Shown: positions 58,858 to 63,931 of the stretch, piece by piece | Position numbering within the stretch: position 1 is the stretch's first letter | Layout: every line of letters starts with the position of its first letter | Source of the DNA: Octopus bimaculoides | Taxonomy: Eukaryota | NCBI RefSeq assembly: GCF_001194135.2 | Contig: NC_068991.1 | Coordinates: 54,588,854 to 54,652,784, forward strand | DNA length: 63,931 nucleotides | Direction of reading: 5' to 3' | Made by a program: the position numbers and the translations under genes | The notes under the pieces: model-generated | What the model saw: only the letters and a program-made list of their open reading frames with translations | What the model was told of the DNA's origin: nothing | The model's database searches: none

Positions 58858-61800
58858 TCTCTGCCGATCAAACTCCCAACCCACGACTAAGTCTTAAGTG
58901 TATATATATATACAGGCAACACACACACTAAATAAAAAAGATGTTAGTAAGTAAAAGTGTTTTAAAAAAGATTGTTAAATTTTCAGATTAACACCCGTAC
59001 GATTTTCACTACAGTGTTAGGTTAGGGTTTGTTAGGGTTATGATGCGGGTGTTAATCTCAAGATTTGCGAAAAGATTTTGAAAAAACTCACAGTTTGTAT
59101 GGAATAAATGTTTGTTGATCGTATTTGAGAAAGATGTCTCGATGGTGAAGGACGGTGTTAGAAATGGAAAGTAAACTTACAATTCCCGCCAAATTGGAAT
59201 GAGGTCATTGGTAACCATAGGTACATATATATGTGTGTATTTACGTATGATTGATAGTGTGTCTGTTTATTTGACTCTCACTCTCCTTCGTTTCTCTGTC
59301 GAAGAAAAAACTTCGATCGTTCGTAAAGGTTCATAAGAGAAAGTAGCAATTGAAACGATGTGTAAGAGGAATAGAAATAGTTAATTTTAGAGGGGCAAAG
59401 TAATTTTGTATGTAGTTTTAGTATCTGTCATTAGAGTATCGAAATGTGATTGTTTCAGTTTTGATCTTTTTGTATTTGTTGTTGGATTCATCGTAAATGT
59501 TCATAAGAGAAAGTAGGAGTTGAAAGGATTTGTATTAGAAAGAGGAAATTAGATTTTATTAGGGAGAAAATATTTACTGCTGTAGTTTTATGGATTTTAT
59601 TCATTATTAGGACTTTTTGGAGTGAAAAAATGACGCAGTGACCTAACAAATTGTATTTAGGATATTAATTGCGATTGTTTAATCGAAGAAATTTGGAATT
59701 GTGTAAATGTATGAATTTTAAACATACACACACACACACACAGTAAATTTGCCTTTTATAGTATAGATACTGAAGTAGATTTCTTTGACTAACTCTACAA
59801 AGTTGTGCTCCAGCATGGCTGCAATCCAATGACTGGAGCAAGTAAAAGAGTTAAGTAGTATTAAATTAGATCTATATTAAAAACAACTCAAACCTGTTTG
59901 ATGGATGGTAACTAAATAGAATTGCTACATTTGCAGGTTGAACATCCATCTCTTGGACTTAAGGGTGCTTGGAGAAAAGTCATCTCATCACAAAGAAAAC
60001 GTGCTGTGATGGCCTGTTTCCGTATGGTTCCACTTTATGGCTTACCAAGGTAAGAATTACAAATTTATCATTTCATATAGTTAAACATCAATAATTCTAT
60101 AAATGCAATAAATGTTTTATTTTCTCAAGCCCTGTCTCTCCCCTCTCTCTTTCTCTCTCATTACCCTCTCTTTCTGTTCCTCTCTCTCTGTCCCTCTCTC
60201 TCTCTTGTCCCTATGTCTCCCTACCTACCTCCCATTCTTTCTCCCTACCTGTCCACCTCCTTCTCTTTCTTCCTCCTCTCCTTATTTTCTTCCCTCCCCC
60301 TCTATATCTCTCTCACAGTCTCTCTCTCTCATTGTAAAACACATCTTCATTCTTATTGGTGTTTCTCCTACTTCACTAAACAAGGGAGTCTCTATGCACT
60401 TGTTCAACTTGCTAGAAATAGAAGCATTATCATAATCATCATCATCATTTAACGTCAGTTTTTCATGTTGTCATGAGTTGGACGGTTTGACAGGAACAAG
60501 CAAGGCAGAGAGCTGCACCAGGCTCTAGTTGTATGTTTTGGCATGGTTTCTATGGCTGGATGCCCTTCTTGACACCAACCACTCTACAGAGTGTACTGAG
60601 TGCATTTTACACGGCACTAACACAGATGCTTTATACAATGCACCAGCACAAGTGCTTTTTACACGGCATCAGAAACCAGTGCAGTTTTATGTGGCACCAA
60701 CACAGGTACCTTTTGCATGGCACCAAAAAAGAATACTTTGGACAATGTGATTTGTCAGGATGCACAATGCCTCAGCAAAACACGAGCCATTCATGGCTGG
60801 TGTGTCATTTCTCATAAGTTTGTTCCAGACAACGTCTTCAGTTGGTATTGATACATCGATTAGAAAGTATTTTTTTCTTGATGATCTCTGACAACTATAT
60901 CTGGCCTATTGGTCTTAATTTCTCTATCTGTGTGTATTGACATATCCCATAGTATGGTTGCTTTCTCATTTTTCTCATTATTATTATTATTATTATTATT
61001 TTCATTTTTATTATTGTTAGACATCGAGCCATGAACCTATTTTTGAAGGCGTATCGTCTAACATGGCTTGCTACAGAAGAAGTCAGTAAAAATGTTCTTA
61101 TCGAAGATCTAACTGTAAGTAATACTTTTACACACACACACACACACACATGTATGTTGTTTCATGTCAAATGAATAAGAAAGATATGTTCAATGTATGA
61201 TGTAGAGGATATGCTAGTTTTATTGAAATTGACATAGTGTTTGTTTCATGAACTGAATTTCATGCCTCTGGAATTTGATTCAGGCCACTGTTTCCCGTGG
61301 AGATCACAGAGATATGAAGCTCAGGTCGTAAGATAAACTCTGTATCAGTTTCAATAACAAAAATTTATGTGTGCCTGTATGTATGCATATTTAGAGGGGA
61401 AAGAGAAATTGTTAAATTAATAATAATGATAATTACTACATTCTGCGTGTTTGTATTTTCTGTATGGATATATGCATCTGATTTGTGGGGAAATGTATAT
61501 ATATTGTATGTGTATGTATGTGTGTGCACATTTGTGTGAGAGCTTGAACTTGCACTTATACACATCTCAGCTTCATAATAAAGCAATATTTAATCATGAA
61601 TATAATGCTAAATTTGTATTTTTATTGCGTAACTTATTTTATTATACATGATTTGGGGTTTTTCTTTTTTAATTTTCAGATTGCTAAAGAGGAAGAAGAA
61701 GAAGTTGAGAAGAAAGAAGTAGAGGAAGACAAAAAACCAGATCCTCTCAATCAATTAATCATTGCATTATGTCGAGGCGCAACCAAAGAACAAAGTGATG

Positions 61801-63395
61801 GCCTTGAAGCTGACGAACTCTATATAGCTTATGCAGATATAATGAGTAAAGTAAGTGAAGTACTTTTTTATTTGCTGCGTAAAGATGCATGGCTAAGTGG
61901 TTAGGGTATTCAGTTCATGATTGTAGGGCCATAAGTTTGATTCCATGTGGCGTGTTGTGTCCTTGTGCAAGCCACTTTATTTAACATTGCTCTAGTCAAC
62001 TCAGCTGACAAAAATTAGTAAGTACCTGTATTTCAAAGGGTCAGCCTTATCACATTCTGTGTTCCACACTATCTCCCTGAGAACTATGTGAAGGGTACAC
62101 GTGTCTGTGGAGTGCTCAGCCACTTGCATGTTAATTTCATGAGCAGACTGTTCCATTGGTTGGATCAACTGGAACCTTCATCGTCGTAACTGAAGGAGTA
62201 CCAGTTTAAGACCATATTTGATGGCATAAAAGGTGTGCTGGCATATTAAACACAACCCAGCCATTTAAAAAACAGGGTTTTTGTTTTTCATACTGAATAT
62301 AGTTACACTGTGCAACACGATTTTTGTCCTTGGGTTGCAACTGTTATTTCCTGTTTGCTTACCCCTAGAAAGTATGAAAAATGGCTAATATTCAAACTTT
62401 GCTTTTGTTATGATATTTATTCAAACTCCAAAGAATCCCTCTCAACACATGGCTATGATGCTCCTCCACTATTCCTGCTCAAGATCAGAGATGCACATAT
62501 TGTCAGCTACTAAGGGATATGCTCAAGTGGTTAAGGTCAAGCAAATCTGAGGTACTGAGTAGAATATTTGCTCTAATGCTATTTCTGCTTCAGCAACTCA
62601 ATGCTGAATCTTGTCTGAAATATAATGGAAAATAGGTCAGTTTCAAACCATTGATACCCAGGTAACAAAAGCAAAGTTTGAAAGGACTAATAGACATTTC
62701 CTTTGATTTCTATATAGAAGCAAATAGGAGATAACACTTTCTGACCAAAGACCAAAAAATATATCAAAATTTTGTTACAGTGTTATTAGACATAACTTTC
62801 TACCAAAGATTTTTATTCATAAATATTTTACCAAAATATTTTTAACCATAATCATCATTGTGATTTAACATCCATCTTCCATGCTAGCATGAGTTGAATG
62901 GTTTGACAGAAACCAACAAGGCGATGAGCTGGCAGAAACGTTAGCATGCTGGGTGAAGTACTTAGCAGTATTTCGTCTGCCATTATGTTCTGAGTTCAAA
63001 TTCCACTGAGGTCAACTTTACCTCTCATCCTTTTGGGGTCGATAAATTAAGTACCAGTTACGCACTGGGGTCGATGTAATCGACTTAATCCGTTTGTCTG
63101 TCTTTGTTTGTCCCCTCTATGTTTAGCCCCTTGTAGGCAATAAAGAAATAAGAAACCAACAATCTGATGGGAACACTATACCATTATCCCCAAAACATAA
63201 ACATGATAGTTTTGATACCAATTAAAAATATAAACAAATAAATATATTAAATTATCCTGAATTATTTGATTATTGTAATAATGTAACATCTATGACTAAT
63301 GTTATAATTCAAAACATTGTTTTTTGTAGAGTTGTCATGGTGAAGATGAAGATGATGATGATGATGGAGGGGATGATGCCACTACATCACTGCAG
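4970..63395 (+). CDS. RyR: Ryanodine receptor, partial gene (28 exons, ~1158 aa; 5' and 3' ends outside window)
   Basis: Spliced translation has RyR-specific motifs ([71 protein letters not shown]); all introns GT-AG with matching phases. Confidence 0.98.
5362..5502 (+). CDS. RyR: RyR exon w2: [14 protein letters not shown]...IFDSLAQR
   Basis: ccag|...AGA|gtacgt; phase 0-0. Confidence 0.96.
6174..6328 (+). CDS. RyR: RyR exon w3: [25 protein letters not shown]...PNPVNTK
   Basis: tgcag|...AG|gtaagt; phase 0-2. Confidence 0.96.
6670..7143 (+). mobile_element. tRNA-derived SINE, family B (gcacaggagtggctgtgtgg head, internal (TG)n, gtaaaaga tail)
   Basis: A/B-box-like head; further copies or fragments near 5710, 15990, 18270, 51945/52455, 54525 and 57018. 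Confidence 0.85.
8374..8452 (+). CDS. RyR: RyR exon w4 (Repeat3): [26 protein letters not shown]
   Basis: cacag|...AAG|gtaagc; phase 2-0. Confidence 0.96.
8540..8815 (+). mobile_element. Decayed 3' end of a restriction-like-endonuclease non-LTR retrotransposon (HERO-like)
   Basis: Remnant '[19 protein letters not shown]' plus 3'UTR tgatcaac..gctgggtcac..gtgaggg..gaaaacacctaatgactccc resembling HERO ends recalled from memory. Confidence 0.45.
9611..9700 (+). CDS. RyR: RyR exon w5: [30 protein letters not shown]
   Basis: ctctag|...GCA|gtatgt; RyR repeat motif WxYG...THPxLKPY. Confidence 0.96.
10643..10780 (+). CDS. RyR: RyR exon w6: [14 protein letters not shown]...[11 protein letters not shown]
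   Basis: tacag|...GTA|gtaaga; alternative in-frame GT at 10778. Confidence 0.94.
11731..11796 (+). CDS. RyR: RyR exon w7: [22 protein letters not shown]
   Basis: ttctag|...CAG|gtaaga. Confidence 0.95.
11911..13135 (+). mobile_element. Degenerate Tc1/mariner DNA transposon, maT/Bmmar1-like (DDxD)
   Basis: TA + CAGGGTGCAATGGG left end; frameshifted transposase with [28 protein letters not shown]; right TIR only partly recognisable. Confidence 0.9.
13505..13580 (+). CDS. RyR: RyR exon w8 (Repeat4): [25 protein letters not shown]
   Basis: tgcag|...G|gtaagt; phase 0-1. Confidence 0.96.
14225..14402 (+). mobile_element. RTE-tail repeat (family C) ending GGACGTTAAATGATGATGAT
   Basis: tagaaagggcatccagc...caacccatgccagcat...(GAT)n. 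Confidence 0.8.
14404..14558. repeat. Imperfect inverted repeat (~66-bp arms) with decayed hammerhead-like core
   Basis: 14404-14469 pairs with 14490-14558; minus strand reads ctcaaagaaggctg...aactgaaacgtagtg. Confidence 0.7.
15118..15241 (+). CDS. RyR: RyR exon w9: [40 protein letters not shown]
   Basis: tttag|...TG|gtaagt; phase 1-2. Confidence 0.97.
15649..15880 (+). CDS. RyR: RyR exon w10: GSMSQH...[19 protein letters not shown]...DVKFFGK
   Basis: ttctag|...AAG|gtcagt; second in-frame acceptor gives start 15655. Confidence 0.94.
16412..17457. repeat. Perfect 180-bp inverted repeat (16412-16591 / 17278-17457) in RTE LINE remnant
   Basis: Base-by-base reverse-complement identity; minus strand 16960-17150 encodes RTE C-terminus remnant GRPKTAWRR. 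Confidence 0.92.
18043..18161 (+). CDS. RyR: RyR exon w11: [18 protein letters not shown]...SSKEKEMTA
   Basis: ggcag|...AC|gtaagt; phase 0-2. Confidence 0.96.
18770..18990 (+). mobile_element. tRNA-derived SINE, family A (ggcagaat.gttagcac...gagttcaaat...gcctttcatcctt.gggtcgataaa...agtaccag)
   Basis: Further copies near 13615, 13890, 17660, 31530, 31750, 33000, 38860, 39600, 58605 and 62920. Confidence 0.85.
19217..19327 (+). CDS. RyR: RyR exon w12: [19 protein letters not shown]...QAVDA
   Basis: ggcag|...AG|gtatgt; phase 2-2. Confidence 0.96.
19572..20290 (-). mobile_element. Young RTE-tail repeat (family C) with internal tandem modules; spans a 10-N gap
   Basis: (CAT)n cgtttaacgtccgctttccatgctagc...ctggatgcccttcctaatgccaacc; near-identical to 49208-49487. 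Confidence 0.85.
20709..20947 (+). CDS. RyR: RyR exon w13: [22 protein letters not shown]...[16 protein letters not shown]
   Basis: ttcag|...G|gtgcat; phase 2-1. Confidence 0.96.
21690..21771 (+). CDS. RyR: RyR exon w14: [26 protein letters not shown]
   Basis: cctcag|...CG|gtaagt; phase 1-2. Confidence 0.96.
22560..22960 (+). mobile_element. RTE-clade LINE 3' remnant
   Basis: [20 protein letters not shown]...LREKVG, then [15 protein letters not shown]; similar copies at 28915-29110 (-) and 53890-54250 (-). Confidence 0.8.
23960..24366. mobile_element. Fold-back (palindromic) MITE, ~400 bp, probable TA target
   Basis: Arms pair from the termini (acatatatttgcc/ggcaaatatatgt) to a 6-nt loop at 24144-24149, with one ~30-nt asymmetric insert. 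Confidence 0.9.
25743..25769 (+). CDS. RyR: RyR exon w15, 27-nt microexon: (R)ETISVELA(R)
   Basis: gttag|A GAG ACC ATC TCA GTG GAA CTA GCC AG|gtatat; phase 2-2; restores an 'ELxxHRP' segment recalled from invertebrate RyRs. Confidence 0.8.
32427..32794 (+). mobile_element. 5'-truncated R4/Dong-type (REL) LINE in (AAT)n
   Basis: [23 protein letters not shown]...[17 protein letters not shown], then 3'UTR and (AAT)n tail. Confidence 0.8.
33392..33662 (+). mobile_element. 5'-truncated R4/Dong-type (REL) LINE in (AAT)n
   Basis: [12 protein letters not shown]...[20 protein letters not shown], 3'UTR, (AAT)n on both sides. Confidence 0.82.
34452..34600 (+). CDS. RyR: RyR exon w16: [23 protein letters not shown]...EHSLEAQ
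   Basis: tttag|...G|gtaggt; phase 2-1. Confidence 0.96.
35835..36085 (-). mobile_element. RTE-clade LINE RT C-terminal remnant
   Basis: [31 protein letters not shown] resembles the RTE 'FLRRI..VTLLDRVRSSEIR..LQVEP' motif. Confidence 0.7.
36534..36581 (+). CDS. RyR: Candidate 48-nt optional cassette exon of RyR: (D)[15 protein letters not shown]
   Basis: tttgcag|AT GTC...GAT G|gtatgg; phase 1-1, stop-free, purine-rich; TGCATG at 36519-36524. Confidence 0.6.
41064..41460 (+). mobile_element. tRNA-headed repeat with hammerhead ribozyme and inverted copy of its 3' end
   Basis: A box TAGCATAGTGG 41179-41189, B box GTTCGATTCC 41224-41233, (AAT)n, HHR 41328-41373; 41064-41154 is the reverse complement of 41337-41427. 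Confidence 0.82.
41328..41373 (+). ncRNA. Minimal type I hammerhead ribozyme (Penelope-like, dimer-dependent)
   Basis: GACAC-CTGATGA-A-GGCTG(gagggtatat)CAGCC-GAAAC-GTT-GTATT; loopless ACGT stem III; GUU cleavage triplet. Confidence 0.72.
42581..42716 (+). CDS. RyR: RyR exon w17: [16 protein letters not shown]...[12 protein letters not shown]
   Basis: cacag|...AG|gtaagg; phase 1-2. Confidence 0.96.
43147..43200 (+). CDS. RyR: RyR exon w18: [17 protein letters not shown]
   Basis: tatag|...GG|gtaagt; phase 2-2. Confidence 0.96.
44040..44440 (-). mobile_element. RTE/BovB-like LINE remnant
   Basis: (W)QDKVSHTKVL...LRYGGLV...YKEDTL; RTE C-terminal motifs with frameshifts. Confidence 0.65.
44549..44664 (+). 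CDS. RyR: RyR exon w19: [22 protein letters not shown]...SWMNRIA
   Basis: tccag|...T|gtgagt; phase 2-1. Confidence 0.96.
45175..45347 (+). CDS. RyR: RyR exon w20: [21 protein letters not shown]...LEGELQQ
   Basis: ttctag|...CAG|gtttgt; phase 1-0. Confidence 0.94.
45661..45995 (-). mobile_element. Older family C repeat with 7 x 25-bp tandem units (45820-45995)
   Basis: gggtgcttttatgtggcaccagcat-type units; similar array at 60590-60725. Confidence 0.75.
46838..47208. repeat. Minisatellite, ~43-bp unit, ~9 diverged copies
   Basis: Consensus gtgactccttctacagctaacacataaatagactacagatacaa. Confidence 0.85.
47355..47513 (+). CDS. RyR: RyR exon w21: [29 protein letters not shown]...LWSKSL
   Basis: tacag|...CTA|gtaagt; phase 0-0; missed by ORF track. 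Confidence 0.97.
48861..49133 (+). CDS. RyR: RyR exon w22: [23 protein letters not shown]...[11 protein letters not shown]...KEKLIR
   Basis: tttag|...AGA|gtatgt; phase 0-0. Confidence 0.97.
49208..49487 (+). mobile_element. Young family C RTE-tail repeat with (GAT)n tail
   Basis: Reverse complement of 19575-19850 at very high identity. Confidence 0.88.
52173..52452 (-). mobile_element. Family C repeat nested in the internal microsatellite of a family B SINE
   Basis: SINE B 3' part at 51945-52170 and 5' part at 52455-52590 flank it. Confidence 0.75.
53361..53420 (+). CDS. RyR: RyR exon w23: [20 protein letters not shown]
   Basis: gttag|...GGG|gtgagt; phase 0-0; fits position before EPEQWQ. 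Confidence 0.88.
54965..55105 (+). CDS. RyR: RyR exon w24: [16 protein letters not shown]...[16 protein letters not shown]
   Basis: tacag|...ATG|gtaaga. Confidence 0.96.
55154..56416 (-). mobile_element. Mariner (DD34D) transposon, full length (1263 bp), pseudogenised transposase
   Basis: ~31-bp TIRs TTGGGT(C/T)ATCCCATAAATAATGCGTTTTTTT, TA duplication both sides; [40 protein letters not shown]. Confidence 0.96.
57018..57435 (-). mobile_element. Well-preserved family B SINE
   Basis: Full head (gcaggagtggctgtgtggtaagtagc) to gtaaaagagta tail. Confidence 0.88.
57701..59767 (-). mobile_element. Complete non-autonomous Helitron (~2.07 kb)
   Basis: Minus strand: A|TCTATACTATA 5' end; 3' hairpin CCCGGACAACGTCGGG then CTAG|T; inserted in AT dinucleotide without TSD. 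Confidence 0.85.
59937..60049 (+). CDS. RyR: RyR exon w25 (calmodulin-binding segment): [37 protein letters not shown]
   Basis: tgcag|...AG|gtaaga; matches RyR CaMBD W...QRxRAVxACFRM. Confidence 0.97.
61021..61114 (+). CDS. RyR: RyR exon w26: [31 protein letters not shown]
   Basis: gttag|...ACT|gtaagt; phase 2-0. Confidence 0.96.
61680..61850 (+). CDS. RyR: RyR exon w27: IAKEEEEE...[16 protein letters not shown]...YADIMSK
   Basis: ttcag|...AAA|gtaagt. Confidence 0.97.
61885..62175 (+). mobile_element. tRNA-derived SINE, third family (tggctaagtggttagg...ttgtgtccttg.gcaag...gggtacac.tgtctgtggagtgctcag)
   Basis: Copies at 53465-53730 (+), 27010-27320 (-) and 7930-8150 (-). Confidence 0.75.
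62920..63150 (+). mobile_element. Family A SINE with 12-bp TSD
   Basis: AGAAACCAACAA at 62908-62919 and 63151-63162. Confidence 0.88.
63330..63395 (+). CDS. RyR: RyR exon w28: [22 protein letters not shown]
   Basis: tgtag|...CAG|gtaatt; SCH-acidic stretch follows 'MSK' in RyRs. Confidence 0.93.
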
Positions 63396-63931
63396 GTAAT
63401 TATGTGTTTTACATATTACCATTTATTTCATAATTGATCAAATAAGTGAATTTGATTGCATATTGAAATTTAAAAAGAGAATTCTATTCTATGATAATTA
63501 GTACTTTAATCTAAAATATAACTGATGATTTGATATATATATATGTAAGGGACGACCGTGCGAACTCAAAAAGGAGCAATGGTGACGAATGGAAAAAACA
63601 GAGGACTCCTTTTATTTAATCGTGTCACACGGTCGAACATACAATAGATATATATCAATGGATGATATACATGATATGTTATGCGACGATAACATAGATG
63701 ACCAGTAATGAAAGACCACAACCGTATTAGATGAATAACAGAAATATTTATTGTAGCGTTAAAGATGTATGTCTGTGTGAGAGTGTGAATGCGACATATA
63801 ATAACATAATCAAAGACAGGCCGTCATGCAAAGAAAAGTGTGTATGTGAGTGATACATGTGTGTATGAGTGTTTACAGCAGATAGAAAGAGAGTCAATAA
63901 CACGTGAGCAATTATACCAGATCGTTAGTAC

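Larger units (their letters stand above)
1..63931. repeat. Abundant microsatellites: (TA)n, (CA/TG)n, (AAT)n, (CAT/GAT)n, (TACA)n, (CT)n
   Basis: Direct inspection; many adjoin N-gaps and produce the poly-I/YI/CV/HT ORFs. Confidence 0.98.

Overview
Eukaryotic, AT-rich, microsatellite-dense genomic window. The repeat content points to an octopus/coleoid cephalopod (inference). The whole window lies inside one large + strand gene, a ryanodine receptor (RyR). I reconstructed 28 GT-AG exons from 4970 to 63395 (3475 nt, phases consistent, about 1158 codons). They cover the helical/bridging solenoid, the Repeat3-4 phosphorylation domain and the calmodulin-binding segment; start and stop codons lie outside the window. 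The exon set includes a 27-nt microexon, and there is a probable additional 48-nt cassette exon. Introns hold tRNA-derived SINEs, RTE and R4-type LINE fragments, two Tc1/mariner elements, a complete 2.07-kb non-autonomous Helitron, a ~400-bp fold-back MITE and a perfect 180-bp inverted repeat. They also hold a tRNA-headed repeat with a minimal hammerhead ribozyme and an inverted terminal copy. There are eight N-gaps. Most ORFs in the supplied track are microsatellite or gap artefacts. All family assignments come from motif recognition by eye, not database searches.
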